A stretch of 62,297 nt of DNA from Candidatus Falkowbacteria bacterium (GCA_003554785.1 PWHG01000084.1:1-62297); one strand, 5' to 3'. Numbered from the stretch's first letter, positions 9,493 to 19,896 are shown. Notes: a model not told the origin generated them from the sequence alone. Numbers and translations are program-made.

Positions 9493-10417
9493 AATGGCTC
9501 TCTCCTATCTTGAAGCCTTTCGCGATCAGGGCGATACAGACGAGCATGAAGATGACCGTACCGACATAGATCCAGGCCATGGCGCTGGAAAGACCCCAGT
9601 TCTGGCGGTTGAGCTCATCGGTGATGATGGTGCTCACCGGAGAGGTCAGGAAGGTATTGACAAGGGCGAAGACAGTGACGGTGATGATATGCGGCGTGAC
9701 ATTCGGCAAGGTGATGAGCCAGAACATCTCATAGGCGGTCGCGCCTTCGATTTTCGCGGCTTCATAGAGGTGGCGGGGAATCGATTGGATACTGGCCAAA
9801 AACAATAGAATCGGTACGCCGGCGAGGGCGAGGATCGCATAGATGCGGTCGATCAGACCGACGATGAAGGTGACCAGGAAAGCCGGGACATCGGCTTGCA
9901 AGAGATAGAACTCGAGATCGAAAATCTGGTCGATGCCCTGTTGGGCGAGAATCTCGTTCATGGCTTCGCCGCCGCCCATGGCGGTGGCGACCGCGGCCGA
10001 ATTCAGGATGACCGGGACGAAGAAAATCGCGCGGACGATGGCACGGCCTTTGAACTCCATGTTCAAAAGCACCGCGATGAACAGACTGAAGATCAGCAGG
10101 ACGGGGAGGTTGATGAGGACATCAGTGGTGGTCTCGATCAGTTCGATTCTGAAGCTCGAAGCCGAGGTGACATGGGTGTTCCAGGCGTAAAGATAGTTCC
10201 CGATGCCGCTGAATTCGGTGATGATCTCTCCGGCGCGCGGGGTGAGATCATAGAAACTGTAGCGCAGGGTGTTGACCATTGGAATCATGAACAGAAACAA
10301 AAATCCCGTGATCCAAGGTGCAAGAAAGATGAAGGCCCAGATCAGTTTCTGGGTGCTGTAGGAGAGTTCGAACTTCTTCTTGCGGGGGAAGTTTTTCCCG
10401 TTATTCTCATCAGGCAT
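9482..10417 (-). CDS. carbohydrate ABC transporter permease (MalF-type)
   Basis: 311 aa, EAA loop EAAKIEGATAYEMFWLITLPNVTP, GGGAGGGG RBS. Confidence 0.9.
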   Translation of the reverse strand: MPDENNGKNFPRKKKFELSYSTQKLIWAFIFLAPWITGFLFLFMIPMVNTLRYSFYDLTPRAGEIITEFSGIGNYLYAWNTHVTSASSFRIELIETTTDVLINLPVLLIFSLFIAVLLNMEFKGRAIVRAIFFVPVILNSAAVATAMGGGEAMNEILAQQGIDQIFDLEFYLLQADVPAFLVTFIVGLIDRIYAILALAGVPILLFLASIQSIPRHLYEAAKIEGATAYEMFWLITLPNVTPHIITVTVFALVNTFLTSPVSTIITDELNRQNWGLSSAMAWIYVGTVIFMLVCIALIAKGFKIGESHYEG

Positions 10418-10418
10418 C

Positions 10419-12986
10419 TCAGTTCCCCTCCCAGACGACGTAATCGAGGCCGGCGATGGTCACGCCATCATGCGTGGCCGCGGACAGGCTGTAGTTGATC
10501 ACGAGCGAGAGACCATGCGAGTAGGTGACCTTGTAGAGGTTGCGGCTGAGACGTTCGTGGTCCACAAGCCGGCCCTCGTGAAGGCTGAGGGCGTCAATCT
10601 CGCTCGTCTGTTCGGCGATGGTGTCAAGCCAGTTCTCGTATTGTGTCGACATATAGTGGTTGTAGTCGGTGTTGAGCAATTTGCGTGAGTCGTCATGGCT
10701 CAGAGTGTATTTCAGGTTCGAGCCGGTTTCTAAGTGTTTCAGGAACTGATAGCGAGCGCTTCGTTCGCTGGGGAGGTTGATGCTTTCGGCGGTATAGTCG
10801 ACGAGTCCGGAAAGCACGAGCTGCATGAGCGGAATCTCATAATCGACGATCGCATAGAGCGTGGTGACCGTGGGCAGATCGGTGATGGTGCCGGCATGAG
10901 GCAGGGCGAAACCGAGCGGACCCGAAAGCATCATGTTGAACTCGGAAGCCGAAAGCACGCTTTCTTGGAAACGAAGCGCGTCCTGTCTGTAGATCAGGTT
11001 ATTGCGGTCATAGTGTCCGGCGAGGCTTCCACCGAGATCAACGATCATGATGTTGTCATAATCGAAGTTGCCGCTGAAACGATCGAAAAGGGACGCGTAA
11101 AATGCGGGATTGATCACGAAGTCATCACCACGGTGGAAATAGGAAGTCTCCGAATAGGGCAGTCCCGTCGGGCGGTGATAGTTGAACACCATCGCGTGGT
11201 TACCGCGGATCCGGCTTGCGGTGTAACGGTTCTTATCGAATGGTTTGTTGTAGGATGAGGCCGACATGAAGTTGGTGCCCGCATAAAGTTCCATGCCGTT
11301 TTCACGCAGATAATCCTGGAAATCGTCGAAACCGGATTGTCCGCCCAGGACCCGTTCGATGGACACATTGGAAAGAAGCTGATTTTCAAGGCCGCCGTTG
11401 AGGGCGCCGGTGAAAACAACGTTGGCGTTGGTGACGCCGTTTTCCATCAGGGCATCCATGATGGTCTGGGCCTCTTTGAAGGTGGTCATGGTGTCAAGCG
11501 AATAGTAAGGGACGCCCAGAAAGAAATTGCGACGATCGTAAGCGCCGATGAACTCGACGGTGAGGACGGTCTCGCGGGTGTTGTCTTTCTCAGTCATGTT
11601 CCTTTCCTCGATCAGATGATCCCTGTAGGCGTTCGCGATACCGACATAGCTCGCATCATCGCCGGAAAGAAGCCGGTAATCGACGGTGAAGTCGGTGCGG
11701 ACGATGTCTCTGGTCCAAAGATCGACACCGTAGGTATTGAAGCCGCTGCCGATCACAACCCGCTCTCTTTCGCGAAGATGGAACGTCGTGTAGGCCTTGT
11801 TGAAGGAATCGGTACGGCCGGAGACTTCGGCGTTGATCGCCGCCATGGCGTCACCTTCTGTGATGATGGCCGCGTAGGCGGCGTCATCTTTCACCATGCC
11901 GTAAAGCGGAATATGAATCTTCTGGCGCTGTTCGGGCATCCTGTAGGGAAGGAGGCTCTGATCCAAGCCATAAAGTCGCTGGCGATAGGAATTCTGCAAA
12001 ACTTTACCGTTGTTGAATTCGATGACGGCACCGCTGCCGTCGGGGACAATGATTTTTCCTTCGGTGGCCTCACCGTCAATCTCGGAGACGGCGGTGCCGA
12101 AAAGGGGATAGAGGGTGATGCGCCCGAGGCGGATATCCTCGGTCTCGGTGAGCGATTCGTTGATCACGGAGGTCTTCACGCCTTTGTCGGTCAATAGAAC
12201 CTGAACCCCGATACGGAAGGAAAACTGTTCATACTGTTCGAAATAGCCGAAACTTTCGTTTTCACTGATCGCACGCTCACGCGTATAATCCATCTTTTCG
12301 TAGAAGACATCGAAAAGACGGGCGCGCACCAGTCTCGACATGTTTTCGTAGTTGACGATCTCGTAGGCATTCAGTTCCTCGTTGAAACCGGTGTAGGCGA
12401 TCTGTGAAAGCAGGCCGTAATCTTCCATCGCCTCGAAGGTCTCTTTCTCGATGTATTTTGGAAAATGCAGATAGTCGATTTCGAGGTCGACGATCTCATA
12501 GAGGACCTGGAAGCCGTTTTCGACGTATTTGATCTGGAAGGTCTTCTGCCCGGCCGGGGACAGGATGGTCTGTGGGTGGTGGATGGAACGGTTGTAGTTG
12601 TTGACGCTTGTCATCGAACCGGCCTGGTTGTAGTAGGAGATCTCGAGGGTGGATTTCTGACGGTCCAGAGCCGAGTTGGTGATGGGTTTGGTGATGTCGG
12701 TCTCCCACGGATCGGGAATGGACGGATTCGACTCCCAGACATGGCCGTTGCGTGTGTCGATCACCTTGAAATAGGAGGTGGTTTCGTCGAGATAGAGTTC
12801 GAAATGATCGTTGCTGACGACCAGTTTGTTCGTGTTGTTTAGTGTATCCGCATCGACGAAACCTTCGGTGGAGAACTCGATCAGTTCGGTGGCGGACACA
12901 CTGCTGGCACGCATGTTGAAAAGGGCGATGTAGAGAAAGCCGATCAACAGCAGACATGCGATGATGATGGTTTTTTTCAATGTCAT
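10419..12986 (-). CDS. 855-aa N-terminally anchored extracytoplasmic protein of unknown function (possibly DUF5696-like)
   Basis: ORF track. Single N-terminal TM segment (IIIACLLLIGFLYIALF) and an AGGAGG RBS. I recognise no catalytic motif; the DUF5696 suggestion is from memory only. Confidence 0.6.
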   Translation of the reverse strand: MTLKKTIIIACLLLIGFLYIALFNMRASSVSATELIEFSTEGFVDADTLNNTNKLVVSNDHFELYLDETTSYFKVIDTRNGHVWESNPSIPDPWETDITKPITNSALDRQKSTLEISYYNQAGSMTSVNNYNRSIHHPQTILSPAGQKTFQIKYVENGFQVLYEIVDLEIDYLHFPKYIEKETFEAMEDYGLLSQIAYTGFNEELNAYEIVNYENMSRLVRARLFDVFYEKMDYTRERAISENESFGYFEQYEQFSFRIGVQVLLTDKGVKTSVINESLTETEDIRLGRITLYPLFGTAVSEIDGEATEGKIIVPDGSGAVIEFNNGKVLQNSYRQRLYGLDQSLLPYRMPEQRQKIHIPLYGMVKDDAAYAAIITEGDAMAAINAEVSGRTDSFNKAYTTFHLRERERVVIGSGFNTYGVDLWTRDIVRTDFTVDYRLLSGDDASYVGIANAYRDHLIEERNMTEKDNTRETVLTVEFIGAYDRRNFFLGVPYYSLDTMTTFKEAQTIMDALMENGVTNANVVFTGALNGGLENQLLSNVSIERVLGGQSGFDDFQDYLRENGMELYAGTNFMSASSYNKPFDKNRYTASRIRGNHAMVFNYHRPTGLPYSETSYFHRGDDFVINPAFYASLFDRFSGNFDYDNIMIVDLGGSLAGHYDRNNLIYRQDALRFQESVLSASEFNMMLSGPLGFALPHAGTITDLPTVTTLYAIVDYEIPLMQLVLSGLVDYTAESINLPSERSARYQFLKHLETGSNLKYTLSHDDSRKLLNTDYNHYMSTQYENWLDTIAEQTSEIDALSLHEGRLVDHERLSRNLYKVTYSHGLSLVINYSLSAATHDGVTIAGLDYVVWEGN

Positions 12987-12997
12987 GTGTATCCTCC

Positions 12998-13639
12998 TTA
13001 GTACCTCAGGCTTAATTCCTGATAGATTGCGGAAACAAAAGCGATGAATTGTTGGATGAGATCGAAGAAAAGCAGGCCGAAGAACATCATGACGCTCATC
13101 GCCACGAACGTTGCGAGAAAGGCGATCAGGGTTTTACCGAGACCGTATTCATGGATGTTTAAAATACCCATGAACAGCATCCAGGCCGCTAGAAAATAGC
13201 TGATACCCATCGTCAGGTTGTAAAACCCCATCTCCTCAAGAGTCAGGAAATTGGAGACGAAAACGGCCGGATAGCCGATGATGATGATTGGAAAAAGCGC
13301 GTAGCCGGTGATCATCAGAATTTCTTTGAACGTGCCCTTGCCCTCCATGAGGGTGGTCACCGACCAGTTCCCGACCGCGAACAGCATAATCAGAAGGCCG
13401 GCGGAAAATATCTCTTGCAGACTGTTGAGCATCTGCGGATTGTTCGGGTTGATGGCGAAACTCTCATACTGAAACTGATAGATCCTGAAAAACATGAACA
13501 ATGCGATGAAGACGACGGCGACGGAAAGACGCCCCACGTTGTGGTGTTTGAACTCGTAAAAACCGTCGAAGGGACGCACCAGAAGATATTTCGGAAAGCT
13601 CAGGTAGTTCTGTTTGAAACGGATCAATCTAGTCTTCAT
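12998..13639 (-). CDS. Yip1-like polytopic membrane protein
   Basis: 213 aa, five hydrophobic helices after a roughly 35-aa cytoplasmic head. Overlaps the upstream gene by 11 nt. Confidence 0.65.
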   Translation of the reverse strand: MKTRLIRFKQNYLSFPKYLLVRPFDGFYEFKHHNVGRLSVAVVFIALFMFFRIYQFQYESFAINPNNPQMLNSLQEIFSAGLLIMLFAVGNWSVTTLMEGKGTFKEILMITGYALFPIIIIGYPAVFVSNFLTLEEMGFYNLTMGISYFLAAWMLFMGILNIHEYGLGKTLIAFLATFVAMSVMMFFGLLFFDLIQQFIAFVSAIYQELSLRY

Positions 13640-15101
13640 AGAGAATCGAGCCCCCCGACTTGTGGATTTTTCTCACCTTGAGTGCGATCAGGCCGACCGA
13701 AACAAAGACGAGCCCGCCCATGATGGCGCTGAAATTGGCCTTGATGTATTCGTTTCTATAGTTCTGATAGGCTTTCGAGTAATAGAAGGTGTCGTGGCCG
13801 AGGCGGAAATAGTCGACGGCCTTTTCATACTCGCCGGCGCGAAGATAATATTTCCCGATGCCGTTATAGGCGATTTCATAGTTGGTGTTGAGTCTGAGCA
13901 CTTCGCGCCAGATCTCAGCCGCCTTGTCAAAATCCCCTTCGTCTTCATACATCGTGGCGCGGTTGATCGCCACACCGATTTCGGTGAGCTGATAGACGAT
14001 GACGGTGCGGGTTCTTCTGTCGAGCACCAGCAGGTCGTCGCCGAGATAGTCGATGGCGACACCTTCTCTGAACTTGTCGCTTTGATCACCGGAATCACCG
14101 TTGATATAGAGGAGATTGCCGGATCTGTCATAGGTGAAGAGTCGGGAACGGCGCTGGTCCAAAACCGTGTAGATGCCGTTGTGGGTGTAGGCGATATCCA
14201 TCAGCAGGGAAGGGCCGGTGGTGACGTGGTTGTTCGTGCCTTCGATGAAATGGACATCACCCATCGGCGGATGGTAGCCGTTGCGTCTTAAAACATCGAC
14301 ACCCTTGGGGTTGATCAGCTGGATGGTGTTTTCCGCGCTGCCTTCGGAAGCGCGGCTGGTCGCATAGATGAAGCCGCGTTCGTTGATGGTGACATTGGTG
14401 TATTCCGTGGGAAGATAACGCTGCAGCTGCGCGAGCTGGGCATCGGTCATGAGGGAGCGTCTGAAGACCTCGAGCGGGTTGAGCTGGATGGGGTTGACAC
14501 CGGTGAAGCGGTTGAATGTTCCGTCGCTGTCGAGTTCGATGATGCCCTCATAGACATTGCGTGCGACGACATACATCCGTTCGGCCATGTCGACAGTCAG
14601 CTTGCGGGGTTCGAAGTTCATCTCTTCGAAAGTGAGGTCCTCGACATGGTCGAAAATGCCGATCACTTCGTAGTCATGGTTCAGCTTGATAATCCGGAAG
14701 TTGCCGGTATCGGCGATGTAGATGCCGCTGCGGTGCACATCGATTCCAAGGGGACTATCGAGGGTGATGGGACCATCGACAGGATTCCCTTCCTCATCAG
14801 TGGGTGGTGTTGTATCGGGATGGAGGGGAAAACTATCTTTCTGGTCGATCAGGGTGAAGGTCTTGTCGACGATGGTGAGCGTATCACGGCCCGAGTCGAC
14901 CATGTAGATGGTGTCTTGATAGACGGTGAGGTCTTCTGGCGAGACGAGCGGTACGCCGAGCGTGGTCGCGTTGAAATAGGCGGCGTAGGTCATGCCCGGA
15001 GAGGCATGGAGCACTTCGCCGTAATGTGAATAGTTGTACTGGGTGGCGCCCATCAGCAAAGGCAGCAGCAATCCCATACAGAGTACGTATAATTTTTTCA
15101 T
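13629..15101 (-). CDS. secreted NHL-repeat / TPR protein with a C-terminal membrane anchor
   Basis: Signal-like MKKLYVLCMGLLLPLLMGA (ATG 15101 preferred over 15110 on RBS spacing). NHL-like GIDVHRSGIYIADTGNFRIIKL. TPR-like GDFDKAAEIWREVLRLNTNYEIAYNGIGKYYLRAGEYEKAVDYF. C-terminal TM IMGGLVFVSVGLIAL. Confidence 0.7.
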   Translation of the reverse strand: MKKLYVLCMGLLLPLLMGATQYNYSHYGEVLHASPGMTYAAYFNATTLGVPLVSPEDLTVYQDTIYMVDSGRDTLTIVDKTFTLIDQKDSFPLHPDTTPPTDEEGNPVDGPITLDSPLGIDVHRSGIYIADTGNFRIIKLNHDYEVIGIFDHVEDLTFEEMNFEPRKLTVDMAERMYVVARNVYEGIIELDSDGTFNRFTGVNPIQLNPLEVFRRSLMTDAQLAQLQRYLPTEYTNVTINERGFIYATSRASEGSAENTIQLINPKGVDVLRRNGYHPPMGDVHFIEGTNNHVTTGPSLLMDIAYTHNGIYTVLDQRRSRLFTYDRSGNLLYINGDSGDQSDKFREGVAIDYLGDDLLVLDRRTRTVIVYQLTEIGVAINRATMYEDEGDFDKAAEIWREVLRLNTNYEIAYNGIGKYYLRAGEYEKAVDYFRLGHDTFYYSKAYQNYRNEYIKANFSAIMGGLVFVSVGLIALKVRKIHKSGGSILYED

Positions 15102-15113
15102 TCCATTCACCTC

Positions 15114-16001
15114 TTACTTCATGCCCGACGTACTGAACGTCTCGACGATGCGCGATTGTGAGAAAATGAAGAAGACAACCGGCACGATCATCATGATAAA
15201 GGATACCGCCGCGATGGTACCGGCACGTTCGATGGTGCCCTGGGCGATCTGTCTGAGCGAATAGGATAGGGGTTTGAGTTCCTCGCTGTAGATGAAGACA
15301 CCCCCGTCTTCGATCCAGAGCCTTTGGAACAAAAGGATGATCAATGTCAGCCAGGCCGGCTTGACAAGGGGCATCACAATCTGGAAGAAGATCCGGTATT
15401 CACTCGCGCCGTCGATCTTTGCTGATTCGATGAGATCGTCAGGCACCTGTTGCATGAATTGTTTCATGAGATAAAGTCCGAGGCTCGAGGCGAGCGCCGG
15501 GAAGATGATCGCGGCGTGGGAATCGACGAGCCCGATTCTGGAGATGATGATGTAGTTCGGCGTCGCGGTGACTTGCGGTGCGAACATCAGGGAATAGACC
15601 ACGAGGGTGAAAATCAGGGTCTTGCCCGGGAAATTGTATTTTGCGAGCGGGTAGGCGCACATCGAAGCGATGAGCACGTGTCCGGCCGTTCCCACGGCCG
15701 TGATGATGATGGTGTTGAAGAAATATCGGGAGAAAGGAATCCATGAGTTTCCGATCAGTTCGGAGAGATCCCTGAAGTTGTCGAATGTGATGTTGCGCGG
15801 GAACAGTCTCGGTGGAAAAAGGAAAAGCTCATCAAGCGGTTTGAAGGCGTTCGATACGGTCATGATCAGCGGATAGGCGCTGAAGGAACCGAAGAAAAGG
15901 AGCACGAGAAACAGACCCATGCTGCCCCAGAAAGAGCGGTTCAGCTTCTTTTTCTTCTTGATCTTGTAATGAAGACGGATTTTCTTGTAGAGTTTCATCA
16001 T
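15114..16001 (-). CDS. carbohydrate ABC transporter permease (LplC/YtcP-type)
   Basis: 295 aa, EAA loop ESAKIDGASEYRIFFQIVMPLVKPAW. Confidence 0.9.
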   Translation of the reverse strand: MMKLYKKIRLHYKIKKKKKLNRSFWGSMGLFLVLLFFGSFSAYPLIMTVSNAFKPLDELFLFPPRLFPRNITFDNFRDLSELIGNSWIPFSRYFFNTIIITAVGTAGHVLIASMCAYPLAKYNFPGKTLIFTLVVYSLMFAPQVTATPNYIIISRIGLVDSHAAIIFPALASSLGLYLMKQFMQQVPDDLIESAKIDGASEYRIFFQIVMPLVKPAWLTLIILLFQRLWIEDGGVFIYSEELKPLSYSLRQIAQGTIERAGTIAAVSFIMMIVPVVFFIFSQSRIVETFSTSGMK

Positions 16002-16002
16002 G

Positions 16003-16932
16003 TCAGCTTCCCACCTTTCTGAGCATTGAACGGACGACGAGGTTGGTCGTCATCATGATGAGGAAAAGGATGGTCGCGATCGCGGACGCGTAGCCGAGTT
16101 CGAAACGGAGCGTCCCGTAGTCGACGAGGTGGGTGACGATCGTATGACCGGCGTATTGCACCGAGGGGAACCCGAGCAGGTGCATCGAGACCTCGGCGAT
16201 GGCGAGACTGGTGGTGATCTGCATGACGGCACCGAAAAGAAGCTGCGGTTTCATCGAAGGCAGAGTGATGAACCAAAGTTCCTGCCAGCGGTTGCGGATA
16301 CCGTCGATGGCGCCGGCCTCATAAAGCGTCTTGTCGACACCCTGAAGTCCCGCGATGAATGCGAGGAAACTGACCCCGAGACTGAGCCACAGCTGGACAA
16401 GTATCAGCACCGGAAGCATGTAGGTGGGGTTTCTGAGCCAGATGATGGGGTTGTCGATGAGACCGAGCCGCATGAGATAGGAATTCGCGAACCCGTGCAT
16501 GTCGCCCGAGAAAATCAGAAGCCAGATCAAAAAGGCGTTTCCGGAGATCGATGGCGCATAGAAGATCAAGGTCATCAGCGCCCGCAGTTTCGGTCCGAGC
16601 TCGTTGATGAGCCAGGCGAAGACAAACGCGAGCATATAGCTGACGGGGCCGGTGACCACGGCGAGGATCAGCGTATTCTTGAGCGAGATGATGAAGATTT
16701 CGTCTTCAAGAAAAAGGGTACGGTAGTTGTCAAGACCGATGAAGTGCGGTCTTTCAAGCAGGTTGAAGTAGGTGAAGCTGATGCCTAAGGACATGAAGAC
16801 CGGGACGATGGTGAACGTCATGAACAGAAGGACGAACGGTGACATGAGGATATAGTTGTGTTTGTTTTTCTTCAAGTTTTTCTTGAAACGTTCTTTTCTT
16901 GTGAGTGCGTAGGTATCCGATTTGATCGCCAC
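16003..16932 (-). CDS. carbohydrate ABC transporter permease (LplB-type)
   Basis: 309 aa, basic N-terminal tail, EAA loop EAGAIDGIRNRWQELWFITLPSMKP. Confidence 0.9.
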   Translation of the reverse strand: MAIKSDTYALTRKERFKKNLKKNKHNYILMSPFVLLFMTFTIVPVFMSLGISFTYFNLLERPHFIGLDNYRTLFLEDEIFIISLKNTLILAVVTGPVSYMLAFVFAWLINELGPKLRALMTLIFYAPSISGNAFLIWLLIFSGDMHGFANSYLMRLGLIDNPIIWLRNPTYMLPVLILVQLWLSLGVSFLAFIAGLQGVDKTLYEAGAIDGIRNRWQELWFITLPSMKPQLLFGAVMQITTSLAIAEVSMHLLGFPSVQYAGHTIVTHLVDYGTLRFELGYASAIATILFLIMMTTNLVVRSMLRKVGS

Positions 16933-16943
16933 AATTTATCCTC

Positions 16944-19865
16944 CTATTCCAATCCGAATTCCCGGCGTTTCTTCGCCAGTTCTTCGTTGATGACCTGCAC
17001 GAAATCGTAGATGGTCTCCCGGGGATTCGTACTGTCTTCGAGCACCATTCTCAAGGCATTGTCGAGATGGCGGCCGGTCATGTAGCCTCCCGGTACTTCG
17101 GGGATGCCTCTGACCTGGTTCCATTGTTCTTCGAGTTTCATGTATTCGGCGACGGTCCAGGGCAGCTGCTGCATGGCCTCGACGTTCGCGGTCGGATAAC
17201 GGGCGGCGGCACCGAGGATGCCTTCCATCTCGCGTCCGAAACGGACCTGTGTTTCCGTGCTGGTCCACCATTTCAGATATTCCCAGGCCGCATCCTTGTT
17301 CTCGGCGTTCTCGAGAATCATCGCGGAGGTTCCTGTCGAGACGGTGTCACGGCGGATGACTTGGTTGCCGTTCTCGTCGGTCGAGAGGGTTCCCGGAATC
17401 GGCATGAAGTCCCAGCGGCCGCGGATTTCCGGAGCGAAGACGCTCAGGACGTTGTACATGTTGTAATAATCGATGCCGATCGGCATCTGTCCGCTTCTGA
17501 AACGGTTGACGAAGTTCGCTTCCACCGGGAAGCTGTAATCGGTATAAAACTGCGTCCATGTCTCGAATATCTGTGGGGCGACGCCTTCGTTGAAGCCGCT
17601 TTCGCGGTTGTTGTCGATGTAGAACTCACCGTCATTCTGATAGAACATGGAGGAATAGACGGGGTTCGGCGGGAGGCTGATCACCTGTCCTTGCTGCTGG
17701 ATGGGAATCGGCAGGAAGAACTCCAGGTTGTGTTTCTGAAGATCCGGAATCATCGTGATCATGTCGTCCCAAGTCTCAGGCGGGGTCATGCCGAGTTCCT
17801 CGAAGATATCCTTACGGTAGAACATCATCAGGAAAATCTGTTGTTCGGGCAGGGCGTAATAACCGTCTTCATGGTTGAAGGGGACGATGGCGCTTTCCTT
17901 GAAACGGCTGCTGACGATCTCTTCGAAATCGTCGAACTGGCTCAAATCGTAGACGGCGTTACGCATCGCGTAGTTCACGGGGATGTCGTTTTGCACCATC
18001 ATGGCGACTTCCGGTCCCTCGCCCGCGAGTGTGGCCGGCAACAGGACCGGTCCGCTGACGAGTTTCAAATCGATGTGGATGCCGGTCTCGGGCGTGAAGG
18101 TCTCGTCGATCAGTTTCCTGAGCACGTTGGCCTGGTCGCGGCCGATACTCAGCCAGACTTCGATGGAGACATCCTCGTCGGTGGGTTCGGTCGTCCGGCC
18201 GATGGTGTCGTAGTCGGTGGTATAGGTGGCGATGAAGGAACGGACCGCGAACAGGGTGCGGGCAAAGAAGTTGTCACGGTTGCGCGGCAAATCGCTTTCG
18301 GGGTTGTGGAAAGCGAAATAGTCGATTTCGAGCGGTTGTTGGCTCAAAAGGATGATCAGCGTTCCGAGTGAAGCGATATTCTGGTTGTAGACATTGAGGT
18401 TGCGGTGGATTTCACGGGGGGAGCGGGTGAAATCACGGAGCTGGATCAAGATGGTGTCGAGGATACCGGTCTTCTCACTCTTCGTCCCGGATATCTCGAT
18501 GATCTGGTCACGGATTTCCTGGAGGATTTCGCGTTCGGTCTGAAGGCGGGCGACCAAGTCGGTCACACGGTCTTCAAGCTGATAGTCCCGGAACGGATCG
18601 GGCTCGGGGCCCGTGTAGATCAGAATTTCACGGTAAAGGGCGTTCAGACGGTCGATGGAGGCCTGGAGTTCAGCGATCAGGGCACCGTAGGAACCGAGGG
18701 AGACTTCCATGGAAAGCTCATAGGTTCGTCCCGCCTCGAAATAGAACAAGAAAGCCTCATCCTGGGTGCCGAGCGTCTGGATACGCCAATCCGGCGAATG
18801 CGGGAACTGATAGTCCTTGAGTTCCTCGAAAGGAATCTCCCCGTCGATATAGATGTTTCTACTGACGTTCATGCCGGTGGCGAGCTTCTGCTTGACGCGC
18901 ATGCTGATGGCATAAAGACCACTCTCTTCGACTTCGAAGTCCCAGGCGATGCGGTCGTTGGCGATCCGCCAGTTGTTGCCGCCGATGGTGTTGAGCAGGT
19001 CCTTTGTGGGACTGCTCGGTGTGGTGGCGGAGCTCGTACTGTCGACGAGCGGATAGAGGGTGGGGCTTGTCGTATAGGCGGCGATCTGTGCTTGTCTGAG
19101 CATCAGTTCGCTACCGGTTTCACTGTAGCCGTTAGCCATATAGGTCGCATGGACATCTTCGTAGGATGGAAGGTCGCTTACCGAAAGAATCTCGATACTG
19201 TCGATGACGACCGGTTCGCGGGTCGCTTCGAGGGTGATGGTGTTTTCACCTTTTTCCAAGTAGAACTGATAGGGCTCGTTCACATAACCGATCGAATCGC
19301 GGAAAAACCCTTGTGTCCAAAAGGGTGTTTCGATCTGGGAAGGTCTGATGTCGTTGCCGTGAATGTCTTGCACCACATCGTTCGCGTTGCCCCAGATTCT
19401 CTGGAAAGTCAGATTGCGAGCGCCGTCGAAGGGGACTTCGCCGTTGATATGGAGGATACGCTCGATCATGGAGCTTTTCCCTTCGATCGGGAAGTAGTTG
19501 AGCCGCATGTTGTAAAAGCCGGCTTCATCGACATCGAAAGTCCAGGTCACACTGCCGGTCTCATCGGTAAAAAGGACATCGTCGAGGCCTTCGAAGGTTC
19601 CAAGGACTTCGGCGGTGTCCGACGCTTCAGTGTAGTCGTGACCCGGAATGACAATCCGTGCGTCTTGCGGAAAGTGCGCAGTATTTTTAGTCAAATAATC
19701 ATAATAATCGGTGGACGCTGCAAAATCCAGATCCGCGTGTCTGGTGACATTGTATTTGTCCCTGTTGTAGTAAAGCGGACCGCGGTTGTCCTCGATGATT
19801 CCGTTGATGGCGAGCGCGATGAGCACCACAAGCGCAAGCGACGCCGTTATTATAAGTTTTTTCAC
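16944..19865 (-). CDS. giant membrane-anchored ABC substrate-binding protein with two N-terminal CBM-like repeats
   Basis: The ORF track starts at 19874 (GTG inside the RBS). I prefer the GTG at 19865 (MKKLIITASL...) 8 nt after GGAG. Has an N-terminal TM segment. Two roughly 50-aa repeats sit 200 aa apart (VTWTFDVDEAGFYNMRLNYF...INGEVPF and IAWDFEVEESGLYAISMRVK...IDGEIPF). The C-terminal roughly 420 aa look like a type-1/8 sugar SBP. Confidence 0.8.
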   Translation of the reverse strand: MKKLIITASLALVVLIALAINGIIEDNRGPLYYNRDKYNVTRHADLDFAASTDYYDYLTKNTAHFPQDARIVIPGHDYTEASDTAEVLGTFEGLDDVLFTDETGSVTWTFDVDEAGFYNMRLNYFPIEGKSSMIERILHINGEVPFDGARNLTFQRIWGNANDVVQDIHGNDIRPSQIETPFWTQGFFRDSIGYVNEPYQFYLEKGENTITLEATREPVVIDSIEILSVSDLPSYEDVHATYMANGYSETGSELMLRQAQIAAYTTSPTLYPLVDSTSSATTPSSPTKDLLNTIGGNNWRIANDRIAWDFEVEESGLYAISMRVKQKLATGMNVSRNIYIDGEIPFEELKDYQFPHSPDWRIQTLGTQDEAFLFYFEAGRTYELSMEVSLGSYGALIAELQASIDRLNALYREILIYTGPEPDPFRDYQLEDRVTDLVARLQTEREILQEIRDQIIEISGTKSEKTGILDTILIQLRDFTRSPREIHRNLNVYNQNIASLGTLIILLSQQPLEIDYFAFHNPESDLPRNRDNFFARTLFAVRSFIATYTTDYDTIGRTTEPTDEDVSIEVWLSIGRDQANVLRKLIDETFTPETGIHIDLKLVSGPVLLPATLAGEGPEVAMMVQNDIPVNYAMRNAVYDLSQFDDFEEIVSSRFKESAIVPFNHEDGYYALPEQQIFLMMFYRKDIFEELGMTPPETWDDMITMIPDLQKHNLEFFLPIPIQQQGQVISLPPNPVYSSMFYQNDGEFYIDNNRESGFNEGVAPQIFETWTQFYTDYSFPVEANFVNRFRSGQMPIGIDYYNMYNVLSVFAPEIRGRWDFMPIPGTLSTDENGNQVIRRDTVSTGTSAMILENAENKDAAWEYLKWWTSTETQVRFGREMEGILGAAARYPTANVEAMQQLPWTVAEYMKLEEQWNQVRGIPEVPGGYMTGRHLDNALRMVLEDSTNPRETIYDFVQVINEELAKKRREFGLE

Positions 19866-19896
19866 TAAAAACACTCCTCATTGTCCTTTTGTGATA

